Source of the DNA: the human T2T-CHM13v2.0 reference genome, Homo sapiens | Strand: one strand, 5' to 3' | DNA length: 64,000 nucleotides | Assembly (NCBI RefSeq): GCF_009914755.1 | Contig: NC_060927.1 | Part shown: positions 1 to 13,700 of the stretch, one piece after another | How positions within the stretch are numbered: the first letter of the stretch is position 1 | Layout of the letters: every line of letters starts with the position of its first letter | Made by a program: the position numbers and the translations under genes | Notes under the pieces: generated by a model | Seen by the model: the letters and a program-made list of their open reading frames with translations, nothing else | Told to the model about the DNA's origin: nothing | The model's database searches: none

Positions 1-287
1 GGATTAATAAATTAGTGGGTCAGTGGTTTAACAGGTTATCATGAGAGTGGCATTAGTTACTTTGGAGGAAGAGAGACTTGAACTAGCATACTCAGCCCCC
101 TTGCCATGAGGTGTCCTGTGCTGCCTCAGGACTGCAAAGTCACCAACAGCAAGAAGGCCCTCACCAAATGCAACCCCTCAACCTTGGACTTCTCAGCCTC
201 CATAACTGCAAGAAATAAATTCCTTTTCTTTATAAATTACTCTGTTTCAGGTATTTTGTTATGAGCAACAGAAAGTGGACTAAGTCA
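1..287 (+). mobile_element. MaLR LTR (MST/MLT1A-type), cut by window start
   Basis: Typical MaLR LTR 3' half: 'aagaaggccctcacca...accttggacttctcagcctcca...aaataaattccttttctttataaattac...ggactaagtca'. Confidence 0.85.
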
Positions 288-1740
288 TGGGGAAAGGAAA
301 AATCATTTTGGGGATGAGTAAGATTTAAGCATATTCATAGAAGGAGTAAAAGAAAGTTAAAGCAGATAAAAATACAGATATGAGTATAGACATGAATGGA
401 AGGGACTGCTTTTTAAAAACAGCTAACTTACTAGGTGAATTCACAGAATGTTCTGGCCCATGTTTTATTGGCTATATTGTGAGGCATTAGGCCTGTGGCA
501 AAGTGATAATTAAATTATCCCACTACTTCCTTTTTTTTGTCCCTCAGAAGAAACTCTTTCCATTTTTCCCAGAATTTTTTCAAGTTACAACTTTTCTCAG
601 TCCTCCTATCTCAGTTGTAAATACAACTGTCTTCTCTCTGTGAAGCGGATGACATTGTCTGCTATCTTAGTGAGAAAAGAAATACCAGAAGGCATGAGTT
701 CTTTCAATTCATCTCCTCACCTCTGATCCCACATTTATTGTCATTGACCTTACCTCCTGCCCTTTCAGCTCAGTGGAAAGGTATCCCACTTTTTCTCCAA
801 GTTTGAAATAGAAAGCTAGAGTTATAATTTTTCTTCAAAGATTTTATCATTTTTTTGTTCTGAAATTCTGTTCTCTAAGTTCCTTGTATATACTTATAAA
901 CAAGATATCCTATGTATAATATACTCCCACTAGATATCACTTTCCTGAACTTCCAACCAACATTTAATAATTTTCTGTATTCAACAACAATGTATTTCTA
1001 CTGCACTGGGAATTGTGATTGGCATTGGAAAATCTCAAGGTGAATAATTTCAGGAATATAGATTACAATAGCTAGAAATATAAACAGATAATGCATTAAG
1101 TGTAATAATGCAGATTTCACAGTAAAATGGACTTCAGTGGGCGCTCTTCCCATTTGTTTTTGAGTAACAGATTTACTTTGTTCTTCTAAGCTCATTTGAA
1201 TTGGGTTTCTGTGGTTGGAGAAAAGCAATACTGATTATTAATAGGCTCAAGTATATCTAACTCATTAGACAGTGGGGGAGAATCCCAGGACAGCTTTGTG
1301 GAAAAAGTCATGTTTGCACTGGGCTTAAGAAATGAGTAAGAATTAGGCATTAGCTAGAGGAAGCGAGGGGATAAAGTTGGGTTAGAAGAGGTAATCAGGG
1401 CAGAAGAAACAGCATGAGCAGAGGTTTTGCAGGAAGACACAGTGTAGTGTGTGTGTAAAAAAAATGTCAGCTGGTATTCCTAGAGAGTAAAGCAGATGGC
1501 AGGGAACAGCAGATGAAAAGACTGAAGAAATAATAGGAATGAGAGAATGCAGGATGTCAATAGGCCATATGTCTTTAGGTAGAGAGAAGTTAAGCTGAGG
1601 AGTCACATGACCAGGTTTCTCTATGAAGGATAGATATGAAGAGGGCAAGTCTTGCAATGTAACATCTTTAATCTCAAACCAACTTTCAGATTACCAGTTC
1701 CTCCTTAGCTTTTCACTTCTCCATTATTTACTTTTTTCTG

Positions 1741-1764
1741 AAAAAAAAAAAAAAAAAAAAAAAA
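1741..1764 (+). repeat. poly(A) homopolymer (24 A)
   Basis: Directly visible; no attached element or TSD. Confidence 0.95.
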
Positions 1765-2149
1765 GCATTTGTGGCTCACTGTTGCTTAAAAATGTTGACC
1801 TTTATTTCTCCTCCCCCTGAACATCTCACGTAAATATTTAAAATCATATTCAACAATTTTTCTTTGTAATTGGAAGAAGAGAATTAAATTTGGGATGAGG
1901 GGAAAGGCTGAAAAGGAAAAAAAAGTAAAACAGGAAGGAGAAAAGGACATTTGTCTCTCATCAGTTCCTTTGAACTGATTTTGAATCCCGTTTTGAGAGT
2001 GAAAGATGAAACCAGAGTGATGGTCCTAGGGTATAAGACATTTTATCCAAGATTGTTGGGACCAGTAGTTACTTAGTCAAAAAGTTTTATAATATATGGA
2101 ATGACAATCTTAAAATAAGTATATTTATCTTATAATTTTGGTTTAACCT

Positions 2150-3040
2150 ACCTTAGTCCCTTTGGTGTTGCTATAAAGGAATACCTGAGGCTAAATAATT
2201 TATAAAGAAAAAGGTTTTATTTGGCTCATGATTATAACAGCTGGAAAGTTAAAATTGGGCACCTGCATCTGGTGAGGGCCTCAGGCTTCTTCCACTCATG
2301 GTGGAAGATGAAGGAGAGCCAGTGTGTGCAAAGATCACGTGGTGAGAGAGAAGCAGCAAGGGGATAGAGGAACTTCCAGGCACTTAAACAATTTTCAACT
2401 TTTATTTTAGATTCACGGGGTAAATGTACAAGTTTGCTACATAGGTATATTGCATGGAGCTGAGGTTCGGGATATGAATGATCCTGTCACCCAGGTAGCC
2501 AGCAGAGTGCCCAACAGTTTTTCAAAACATGGCCCCCTCTTTTCCTCCCAACTCTAGTAGCCCCCAATGTCTATTGTTGCTATCTTTATGTCCATGCGTA
2601 CCCAATGATTAGCCCCCACTTGTAAGTGAGAACATGTGATATTTGGTTTTCTGTTTCTGCATTAATTTACTTAGGATAAAGACCTCTAGTTGCAAATAAC
2701 ATGATTTTATTCTTTTCTTATGCCGAGTTGTATTCCATGGTGTATATGTACCATATTTTCTTTATCCAATCCACTATTGATAGGCTCCTAGGTTGATTCC
2801 ATGTCTTTGCTATGGTGAATAGTTCTGCGAAGAACATAGGAATCCAAGCAATTTTTAACAACCAGCTCTCATGAGAACTATTAATAACAGAGTAAGAAAT
2901 CACTCCTGAGGGAGAGCATTAATCCATTCATGAAGGATTTGTCTCTATGACTCACATGCTGCTCTTTAGGCTCCATCTTCAACTTTGGGTGATCAAATTT
3001 CAACTGAGGTTTGGAGGGGACAAACATTCAGACCATAGAA
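2150..3040 (-). mobile_element. MST-type MaLR solo LTR, interrupted by an L1 3' fragment at about 2391-2845
   Basis: 'cttagtcc...ctataaaggaatacctgaggct...ggtgagggcctcagg' resumes as 'aacaaccagctctc...ttggaggggacaaacattcagaccatag'; 5-bp TSD AACCT at 2145-2149 and 3041-3045. Confidence 0.85.
2391..2845 (-). mobile_element. L1 3' end (older primate L1PA/L1PB type), 5'-truncated
   Basis: 3'UTR 'tttcaacttttattttagattc...cccacttgtaagtgagaacatg'; ORF2 C-terminal peptide [26 protein letters not shown] in the ORF track. Confidence 0.9.
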
Positions 3041-3140
3041 AACCTAAATAAATATGTTTTAAATAAAATGATTTGTTAATATTTTGATTTAAGGCCAAGA
3101 ACTAATTTAGCTGCACTGATTAGAATTATTTTTCCTTTCA

Positions 3141-3513
3141 TCAGTGTGCCCAGGATGTGGGAGATGGAGTCAAAGGAAATTAGTTTGGAGCTTTAAGATT
3201 TAATGACTGCCCTACTGAATTTGGGACTTGTGTGGGGTCTGTAGTCTCTTTCTTTTGCTCAATTTCTCCCTTTTGGAATGGGACATTTTACCCAATGCTT
3301 GTACCCCCTTTGTATCTTGGAAGTAACTAGCTTGTTTTTGGCTTTACAGGCTTATAGGTAGAACGGACTTGCCTTTGTTTCAGATGAGACTTTGAACGTT
3401 GGACTTTAGTATTAATGCTGGAATTACTTAAAACTTTGGAAGATTATTGGGAAGGCATGATTGTAATTTGAAATGTGAGAAGGACATGAGATTGGGAAGG
3501 GACGGGAGTGGAA
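3141..3513 (+). mobile_element. MST/THE1-type MaLR internal sequence, 3' end
   Basis: 'ggagtcaaagga...tttggagctttaagatttaatgactgcc...cagatgagactttg...aaggacatgagattgggaaggg' with polypurine tract just before the LTR. Confidence 0.85.
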
Positions 3514-3943
3514 TGATATAGTGTGGATGCCTGTTCCCACCCCAATCTCATATTGAAATGTAATCACAAATATTGAGATGGGTCTGGGTGGAAATTGATT
3601 GGATCAAGGGGGTGGATTTCTCAGGAATGGTTAAGCACCATCCCCCTTGGTACTGTCCTTATGATTGTGAGTGAGTTCTCATGAGATATTTTCCTTTAAA
3701 AGTGTTTAACACTTCTTCCCTCTCTCTCTCTTGCTCCTGCTCTGGCCATGTGATAAGCCTATTCCCTCTTCACTTTCCACCATGATTGTAAGTTTTCTGA
3801 GGCCTCTCCAGTAGCCGAGCAGATGCCAACATCATGCTTCCAATACAGCCTGCAGAACCATTAGCTAGTTAAACCTTCTTTCTGTGTAAATTATCCAGTC
3901 TCAGGTATTTATTTATAGCAATGTAAGAACAGACTATTATACA
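3514..3943 (+). mobile_element. MSTA/MSTB-type 3' LTR
   Basis: Starts TGATATAG, ends 'cagactattataca'; internal 'ttccaccatgattgtaagtt..ctgaggcctc', 'cagcctgcagaacc'. Confidence 0.9.
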
Positions 3944-6027
3944 TACTAACCAAAAAAATCCCCAGAGTGGATGGATTTGCAGCCAAATTCTACCAGACAT
4001 ATGAAGAAAAGCTGGTACCAATTCTACTGAAACTATTCCAAAAAACTGATGTGGAGGGACTCCTCCCTAATTCATTCTATGAAACCAGCATCACCCTGAT
4101 ACTAAAACTTGGCAAAAACACAACGAAAAAAGAAAACTACCGACCAATATCCCTGATTAACACAGATGTAAAAATCCTCCACAAAATCCTAGCAAATAGA
4201 ATCCAGCTGCATGTCAAAAAGTTAATTCACCATGATCAAGTAGGCTTAATTCCTGGGATCCAAGGTTAGTTCAACATACACAAATCAATAAGTGTGATTC
4301 ATCACATAAAAAGAATTTAAAACAAAAACCATATGATCATCTCAATAGATGTGGAAAAAAACTTTCAGTAAAATCTAACATCCCTTCATAATAAAAATCT
4401 TCAACAAAGTAGGCACTGGAGGAACATATTTCAAAATAATAAGAGCTATCTATGACAAACCCCTTGAGAAGTGGAATAGGACATGGATGCCCACTCTCAC
4501 TGCTCCTATTCAATATAGTACTGGAAGTCCTAGCTAGAAAAATCAGGAAAGAAAAAGAAATAAGTCACACTATCTCTCTTAGCGGTCAATATGATTCTAT
4601 ACCTAGAAATCTAAAAACCTAAAAACTCCACCAGAAGGCTCCTGGAACTGATAAATAATTTTAATAAGGTTTCAGAAGACAAAATCAGTGTACAAAAATT
4701 AGTAGCATTTCTATATGCCAATAATGTTCAAGCTGAGAGCCAAATCAAGAGTGCAATCTTGTTTATGATAGCCATGAAAAATAAAATACCTAGGAATACA
4801 TCTAACCAAGAAGGTGAAAGATCTCTACAAGAAGAACTATAGAACACTGCTGAAATAAATCATAGATGATATAAACACATGGAAAAACATTCCATGCTCA
4901 TGCATTGGAAGAACCAATATTGTTAATATGGCCATACTGCCCAAAGCAATCTACAGATTCAGTGCTATTCCTATCAAGCTATCAATGTCATTTTTCACAG
5001 AATTAGAAAAAGGTATTCTCAATTTCATATGGAGCCATAAAGATCCTGAATAGCCAAAGCAATCCTTAGAAAAAAGAACAAAGCTGAAGGTATCACATTA
5101 CCTGGCTTTAAACTATACTGTAAGCCTACAGTAACCAAAGCAGCATGGTACTGGTACAAAAACAGACACATAGACCAATGGAACAAAATAGAGAACACAG
5201 AAGTAAAGTCACACACCTACAGCCATCTGATCTTTGACAAAATTGACAAAAATAAGAAATGGGGAAAGACTCCCTATTCAATAAACATTACTGGGCAAAT
5301 GAAACTGAACACCTACCCTTAACCATATACAAAATTAACTCATGAAGAACTAAATATTTAAATGTAAGACTTCAAAGTGTAAAAATTCTAGAAGAAAACT
5401 TAGGAAACATCATTCTAGTCATCGGCCTTGAGAAAGAATTTATGACTAAGTCTTTAAAAGCAACTGCAACAAAAACAAAATTGCCAAGTGTGATCTAATT
5501 AAGCTAAAGAGCTTCTGTACAACAAAATAATTAACAGAGTCAACAGGCAACCTACAGAACAGGGGAAAATATTCATTAACTATGCATACAACAAAGGTCT
5601 AATATTCACAATCTTTAAGAAACTCAAACGTTTAAACAAAAAAATCCCCACAAATAACTCCATTAAGAAGTGGGCAGAAGATATGAACAAACACTTATCA
5701 AAAGAAGATATGCGAGTGGCCAACAAACATGAAAAAATGCTTACCATCACTAATCATCAGAGAAATGCATATCAGAACCACAGTGTGATGCCATCTCATA
5801 CCAATCAGAATGGCTATTATTAAAAAGTCAAAAAAAAAAACAAACCAAAAAACAAAACCAGTTGCTAGTGAGGCTATGGAGAAGAGGGAACACTTATACA
5901 CTGTTGATGGGAATGTAAATTAGTTCAGTCACTGTGGAAAGCAGTTTGGAGATTACTCAAAGAACTCAAAAGGGAACTAACATTCAACCCAGCAATCTCA
6001 TTACTGAGTATATATCCAAAAGAAAAG
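3944..6027 (+). mobile_element. Degenerate L1 ORF2 fragment (old L1PA/L1PB)
   Basis: ORF 3967-4269 matches ORF2p ([26 protein letters not shown]...HHDQVG.IPG); recognisable ORF2 DNA with stops and deletions to about 6027. Confidence 0.95.
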
Positions 6028-6028
6028 A

Positions 6029-6193
6029 TGCTGCTATCACAGATTATAATAGATTGCATAAATTATAAGAATAGAAATGTATTTGGCTCATGGTTCTGGA
6101 GGCTGGGAAGTGGAAGAGCATGGCATTGATATCTGGTGAGGGCCTTTATGCTGCGACATCTTGTCACAGAAGTTGGAATGGCAAGAGAGGGCA
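6029..6193 (-). mobile_element. MLT1A/MST-type LTR fragment
   Basis: 'atttggctcatggttctggaggctgggaagt...atctggtgagggcc'. Confidence 0.75.
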
Positions 6194-6194
6194 A

Positions 6195-6621
6195 TGCAAC
6201 AACAGTTGTGAAAGCAAGACTAATTTTATTCAGGACTATTGCAGTAGGGGAAAAGAGACCTCAGTATTGAACTGGGTTTCATTGTGAATACAAGTGGGAC
6301 AAGTGGGAATTATAGCCAAGGAACACGGTGGTTTGTGGATGAAAAATTACTAAAAGGAGATATTGTCTTAGGCAATTCTGGTTGAAATGGCCTAACAGGA
6401 TTCCTGCTGAATGCAGGCCAGGTTGTTGAGCTATCAAGAGTAGGGAGTGAGAAATTGTGATCGGATATTGAGAGTAATTAGGTATCAAGGATGGGGGATT
6501 CTTACTAAAGTGACTTAGTAGAAGTCTTGTTAAAACTACATTTCACAAGGAAGTACAAAGATGGGCCTAGGAGAAGATTCAGTAGCCCGACTAAAGTTTG
6601 GTCAAACAAAGAATCTTTGCA
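6195..6621 (-). mobile_element. ERV1 LTR, MER31/MER67-like
   Basis: Reverse strand begins 'tgcaaagattctttgtttgaccaaactttagtc', like the MER31 terminus. Confidence 0.7.
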
Positions 6622-7999
6622 TGGATATAAAAAAAAAATTACAGTAAGTGAAATAGATAAAAATTTCTGCATTTACATAGCATAAATTCTGATGGGGGAG
6701 AAATTATAGTGTACATGCCCATCCTGTCCTCTGCATTGGCGTAAAACTCAGTGGCATTATGAAGCTTGTAAATACGGAAGCCTTAGGATCATTCAGGTAT
6801 AGCATCTTTGATATGGTCATTGACAAAGCATGTTCTCATGGTAGATGAGGCAGTTTTTCCAAGTTGCACTGTGGGAAGCAGATGTAGTTGAAAGGGAGCC
6901 TAAGCCAGAGAGAAGGTACATGATAGGCACAACATAATGACTCTAGCTGACTTACTAGTTTGTGGGTACATTTTAAAAAACAAAAGCTTTGAGGTAGAAG
7001 ATGAGGATCTGCTCCTATCACATGGAAGACTATGGAAACAATAGACATTTGGGACATATTTTCTGCCTTGATTGATAGCATCACCATCTACTGTGTCCCT
7101 TAAGCAGAAAAATATTAATTTCCTGTTGTCTCTTCTCTCTCTCTAACCCTCTATATCCAATATGACTACCTGAGATCTCCATCTCCTCAATTTCTCTTCA
7201 ATCTATCTTTTCTTTCCATCTATACACGCAGTATAGATTACGATGATTAATAAGATTATTATGATCTCTTGCCTTGACTCCTCAGTAGCTATTTGGTAGC
7301 TTCATTTGTTATCCAGAAATCTCAGTACCACCTTTGATTCATGATTTATACTGTTTTCTGACTTATCTTTTAAAAATAAAAATCTGATTATGTCACACTT
7401 CTGCTTAACATTGTTCCAGATTTAAACTGTATGGATTTGCTTACAAAACACTTCAGGATGTAACTCTGTTGTACATTTCAAAACTCTATTCTGAGCACTC
7501 CCCATGGCATGCCCTTTTCTACTTGTGGCTGGCTTTCATATTTCCTAAACGCCCTCTTTGTCTATGTATGCTTTTTTTTTTTTTTTTTTTACCATTTGAA
7601 GTTTCTGCCCCATCGTTCTATCCAATTCCAACTCATGATTTAACATTTTCCCTCACATAACTTCTCCTCTGATACCTTCTTTAAAATCTTTACATCTCAA
7701 AGTCAAAGAAGGGACTCTCTCTCCTTCCACCATGGCAGTTTTCTTACATATCTCTATTATAGCATTGATCACACTGACTTGCAGTTATTTCTTGCTAAGC
7801 CTGTCTCCACTACTATTCCTGCTATTAAGTAACATGAAAAGGCTTGGGGAATCCTTCAAAATGTTGCTATCTTCCTCTTATTCTTTCAGGAAGAAATGTT
7901 TTTCCTTGTGCTTTTCTTATTTTCTGCCTATGCATTCTTTATCTTGAGTGTTTGGATGTCCCAGCTTCCCTTGGAAGCCAAACAAGATCAAATCCAGCA

Positions 8000-8165
8000 G
8001 TAACTTCCTGGTTAGTGAACATATTGATCTATTCAGAGGGTGGCATACCCAGAGAGCACATGGAAATTCAGTTCCCCCAGCATCCCCCATAACTTGTCCT
8101 ATGTATCTCTTCCATCGGGCTGTTCCTGAGTTGTATCTTTACAATACACTAGTAAGGAAAGTTTC
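8000..8165 (+). mobile_element. MER21-family LTR fragment
   Basis: 'gagggtggcatacccagagag...atgtatctcttccatcgggctgttcctgagttgtatc'. Confidence 0.7.
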
Positions 8166-8254
8166 TCCACTTAAAGTTGACAGCAAGTTGAGAAGGCTAT
8201 GAAAGCTAGTCTGCTATGGTCAAGTTGATTGCTCTGGGTTTCTTGCATCATGAA

Positions 8255-8747
8255 GACAACTTCTGCTTCCAGTCAAGATGAAGTAACAGAGACCTGATTT
8301 ACCCCTGTCTTAGTCTGTTTGTGCTGCTACAACAAAATATCTTAGACTGGGTAATTTACAAAGAACAAGAATTTATTTCTTACGGTTTTGAAGGCTTGGA
8401 AGTCACTGACATCTGGTGTCTGATGAGGGCCTTCTTGCTGCATCCTCACATGGCAGAAGTGCAGAAGAGCAATTTAGCAACCTTGCCGAATACTACATGA
8501 AGTCTCTTTAAAAAGAGCCCAATTCCATTAATGAGAGAGCAGCCCTCATAGTCTAATCACCTCTGAAAGGCTCTGCCTCTATCATATTGGCAAAACTTGG
8601 ATTTTGGAGGGGACACACTCAAAACATAACACCCTCCCACATTAAACAACTATAAAACTGGACCAAATACAAGAAGAAATGACATTCAAGACAATGACAC
8701 TAAGCAACTAAGGACTGTGATCCCCGAGAGATGAGAAACAAATGAAA
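8255..8747 (+). mobile_element. 5' end of an ancient L1M element, split by the LTR at 8306-8631
   Basis: 'acttctgcttccagtcaagatgaagtaacagagacctgatttaccc' resumes as 'ctcccac...aaactggac...gtgatccccgagagatgagaaacaaatga'. Confidence 0.65.
8306..8631 (-). mobile_element. MLT1A/MST-type MaLR solo LTR
   Basis: Termini 'tgtcttagtctgtttgtgctgcta' and 'ttttggaggggacacactcaaaacataaca'. Confidence 0.85.
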
Positions 8748-10572
8748 ATTTTTTGTTTGTTTTCTCTGGGGACATTGATCTGAAAAACCTAGCTCACCAT
8801 TACAGAGAATACTCTACCCACAACCACCCCAACTCTTTGAGAAGAAAATGGAACATATGTAAACCCACTAGAGCCTAAGAAAAACATTAAAAGGTGAAAA
8901 AAGAATTTCACTCTCCTGGAGGCCACATGGCGGGCCCTTCAGAATGTATAGTATGGCACTGTGGAGAGCAGAGGACACAAAACCAAAGGTATCACAAAGG
9001 TGGGCCCAGGAGGGTATGTATGAAGTGATGGCAAAGAAATTGAGAGGCTCCTGTGAGTTTCTGAGTGCAAGAGAATTTTAAGTAATGAAAATTTTATGTA
9101 AGAGCTACTATGTACTAGTATTCCATTAAATGTTTGGGAGAATCAAGAGTAAAATTTTTTTAAAAAAGAGAGATCACATCCAGCTTCACCCCTACCCCAA
9201 AATTCCCAGGTGGCTGAGGCCTTTTGCAATGCCTCAACATGTGCCTTTGTGTCATGCGGGCCCAGAACTGATCTGCCTGGAAAAATGTCATCACTATCTT
9301 ATCTTCCTCATTCGATACCTCTCACCTTGTGCTAAGGATGGCAACAGAAATCCCAACCATGCCCACATCTATACCTTTGTTTTGGGGAGACTTGAGTTAG
9401 TCCAATTATCACTGTACTATGAACTCTGTCTCAGAGATCACTAGTCTTTAAGGATTAAATGTACAAAGGACATTATTTATTGTTGTGTTTGAGATCTCTG
9501 TAAATTTGGTTGCCAGCTATATAGTGTTCTGAGGTTCTTTAACATAGGAGAAATGTGTAATGCTCTAATTTATCATCACCCTTACTGATAGCCAAGTAGA
9601 TGCTATGTTGTCATGTTGATATATTCAGAACATTCAGAGTCATGCAGACCTTTACACTACTCTGCAAAATAGGTATCAGAGCTTCTTGTATCTGCCAGTG
9701 CTTTCATAGTGATACATAGATAGCAGTGGATATCAAGGTCCAAAGAAGGACAGAGTGCCCTGAGACATACTTTATGTTTTTATTAACACCTTAACTCACC
9801 CATCTCACATTTATTTCAGGTCCCATACTATATTATTGCGAATATTATTTCTATGGATCAATATGTTATAATCATGCATAGACACACACACAGAGGGTTG
9901 GTGCATATATTTCCATTGTCCTCCTGAAGAGCCTCAGTTTAATGCATATTATTTCACACTTAAAACATTCAACATCACTAAATTGAAAACAGAAGAAGCA
10001 GGGGAGGGAACAGAAGGTGACAAATGAAGAGGAGGAAGGAGAGTGGGAAGGCAACGTGTAGCAGGAGGAGGCAAGGCATATGGGAAAGCAGGGATATGTC
10101 AAGTTCATGGAAAATAGCAAGCCAATGTCTGATTGACGACATGCATTTGTTGTGTTACTCACGGCGCTTCAACTTGAGGGATGCTGTTAAGTGAGAAAGG
10201 CAACTGTTTCTCAGTAGCAGAGAGACCTATATCTACCTACAGTAGCCATTGAAATAAAATTACTGACCTGTAAGTGTCCTCCAGAAGACTGGAGCACCAT
10301 GCTGACTTTCTTTTATGTTATCCTTTCTATTCACATTTGGGAGAAAATTCTGTCTTTTCTGTCCCAGGTTCTCTGAAGGTCAGATTCATTCACCTATAGT
10401 TTCTAGAAGCTTCTTGATTATAATCACTGTGGGTAAGTACAAAATTCTCATACTCAACTGATAGTAAAACAGTTCAGAGAGCAAATAGCCAGATCTCACC
10501 CAGTGCTCACATTTTTAGCACTCTTAGTGGACTTGATGCCTTTTGAATGCCAGACCATATAATTGTGTGCAA

Positions 10573-10764
10573 GGAAAAAGCGCTTTGAAATGACACAGAC
10601 CTGAATGGTACTTCTGGTTTTGAAATAATGTGAACTTGGAAAAATTACTTAATTTTTGCATGTCTTCATATCCTCCACCAGATTATTGTTAAGGACCACC
10701 TGAAATAAGGATGTATTGTCATTAAACCTGGCATAGCAAGTCCTGTAAATGGACGTTACTTATT
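10573..10764 (+). mobile_element. MIR SINE, degenerate
   Basis: 'tgtgaacttggaaaaattacttaa...cctggcatagcaag' resembles MIR core and tail. Confidence 0.55.
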
Positions 10765-13700
10765 TCTTTATATCTACATTTGCTGACCATCATGTGGGAA
10801 TCTCAACTTGGACATTAACTAAATTCCTAAGATTCTGACTTGTCTAGACATATTTGAAGACTTAGGCAGCCTCTGCTAGGCATCATAACCGGTGGCAGTG
10901 GTACCTTAGGCAGGAGGCTGTCTCAGTGGAAGTGGTGGCTTCAGTGATATGATAAATTTCAGAAGTAGCTCTCACAGGGAGTTATCACAAGGAAGGGAGA
11001 AAGTGAAAGGGTTAGTATTAAAAAAAAACCTGTGTTGTTAGAAATGGGCAGGCATTATCTATAGGCTAAAAGTAGTTGGAGAAAATTCTGACTCCACTCT
11101 GGAGATGTAGCATCAGGGCAGACAAAATATTGTTTTGTGCTATTTATTATAGACCTGGTTTTACCACTAGGTTAAAGCAATCTAGGAGACTCTTCCTGCA
11201 TGCAAAATTATTGACCCTGGTCAATTTTGCCCATCTGCTGCCTTACCCCAACATGACTGCATATGGACTACTAATGACCTAACATCATAAAAGTCTGAAA
11301 GAAAACCAAAAGATTTCCAAATTTCCTGTTGGTTTCTTATTCCAGAAAACATGCTATAACCTTGATCAGAAAATATTTTCTAAATATGTGGATGGTCTGT
11401 TATTGTGTGGCTGGGGTGCTTAGGAATTACTATAGTTTTGGAGTAAGAAATTCTAAATATGGTCCTAGGACGACACTTCTGAATTCTCTTTGAAAAGTGA
11501 AGTCATAGGAAAGCAGGCCTTGAGTGATGGACAAGATTTGAGTGAGGAGAGAAAAATGGGCAGGGCATTCTGAGTAGAGAAATGAACAAACTCAGGCCAG
11601 TGGGGATGACTATGACCTGCTCAAGGTTTAAGGAGCAGACAGTGAGACTTCAGCTGGAAATGAAGGAGGCAAAAGGAATCTCTATGATATTTCAGTGCTA
11701 ACAAATTTTTCAGCCTCATATTCTTCATGCAATTAAGCAATATGTGTTTTTGAATGCTAAACAACTTACTTTATATTTGCATCCCCTAAAACAAGCAGTA
11801 AGTATTGAGATTATTTTCCATGAATCCTCCCTCATGTGAAAAGTATAAAGACCTTAGATGCTATTATGGACTCTGTAACCTCTTATTTGTTCTCTATTAA
11901 TAACAGAATTTGTGAATTACTGAGAATCCTTTTAGAGACTGTATATCAGAATGTGCTGGTTGGAAAAAAGGGATTTGACAGGTTTCTGCTTTCATCTAAC
12001 AATTACTTATTTATTTTTTGTACTTGACACTACTTTGAAGGCATTGATGAACAGCCAAAACAGCACCTTGCAAGGATGGTGAGATATCAATTACTTTTAA
12101 TTACTCCTCAGCTCTGTCCCTTAATTACCTACTATGTTAGCTGGAATTTATTGCAGAGTAATAATCATGATGTTTTGCATTTACATAGTCCCTTTCTCCA
12201 AGGAGTTCAAAGCATTTTACAGATATTACCTCACTATTATTATGAAAATTAAAAATGTTGAAAATACTTCCATGAATAAGGAGAGTATAAAGTAGCTATG
12301 TTCACATTTTTCAGATGGAACATTTTCTAAAGATAGTTCACAGTAACAGCCAAAATTGAGGAAACTTTATAATAACCTTTCCCCTTCTACATTTTACATG
12401 TTTTATTATACGTGGTTCCCATGTTTGCTTACTGACTAAAAATATTTTCTCAAATATAAAATGAAAATATCACAAAACATTAAATAATAATCCCACCAGG
12501 AGTGCAATATATTTCCCACCCTAAAATTTAAGTAATGGACCTTACCTTTTTTTTAAGTAAGAAACCCTTGCATAGTAGCAAAATATTTTGAAAATGCCAA
12601 AGAGGTAATAATTACATTTTTAAGTCCATTGATTGGAAAATACATAATTAGAAAATTGACATATGAATTATGCAGGAATATTTATAATTTCACCCATTAT
12701 CCTAAAAAATACTATCAGATAAGTGAGGGTAGGCTCTAATCAACCTCATTCTATAAATACGAGACTATTATTCACTCAGTCTACATTCAACATGTTTATA
12801 TCCCTATTGCTTCAGACCTTGTAACCCTACTGCTTCTTAGAGGCCTGTTTCCCAATATTAGAAAAAACTGGTCTAAGTTTCAAAGCCAGTGTTTTCAGGA
12901 ATCGTTCATATACAAAATAATTATGTTGAATTCAAAAGGAGGAATTGAAGAACATCATTCAGCATTCAAGAGTTCCTCAGTGGTTGGCGAGCTACCCTTC
13001 AGGGTTAAAACTACTTATACATTGAAACAATGAAATTTACATGCTTGAGAGGTTTTCTTTCCCCTTATCTTGTCTGTTAGAATTAATAAGTTAGAAGCAT
13101 TCAGCTCAGAATAGAGGCTTGATTGCATGTCTTTTGCTAAGGATCTGAGACGTGAGGAGACTACAGTTTGAGACTCTTACAGAGTAAGCACCTTTTGGAT
13201 CTGAAACTGCCTTGCATTGTTTCCCTCTTTACTTCTAATTGTTTGTATTTAAATACATCCTATTGTTTACAAAGATATACTGAAAGTTATAAGGTTTTGA
13301 TGTCCAGGCTAAAGACGGTAATGAAATCTAAGTACTTGGTTTCTAATTTTTGTTATTTGAGTAGTAAATTATGGCACAGAAAATAAAAAAGCATTTAGGA
13401 CTATCTTCTTCAGAATTTTGTTTAGTGGTCTTCACTTTCTAGTTGTTATAGATAATCCTAGAAAACAAGCCAAGTTTGGAAAAGGCAATGGAATTTTGAT
13501 TATGAGGCATTTATTCTTTATTCTAGTTTAGCTTTTACCTTGTATTGCTTTGAAATGCAATTAGAATTACCATAGACAACAAAAATGAATTTGTGTGGCA
13601 TCTTTCTTTTAAAGAAATTTAGAGGTAAAAAGCAGTATTTTGTTTATTGGGTAGGATATTGAGAAGGAAATCCTAAATCAGTGATTGCCTCTGAATCAGT

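Noticed and set aside
1741-1764. A24 run (also the T run near 7572-7590) as a retrocopy tail
   Set aside because: No TSD and no attached element or cDNA.
2391-6027. The plus-strand L1 ends about 30 nt before the consensus position where the minus-strand L1 3' fragment begins, suggesting one L1 split by an inversion
   Set aside because: The minus fragment sits inside an MST LTR whose two halves are collinear and TSD-flanked, which fits an independent insertion.
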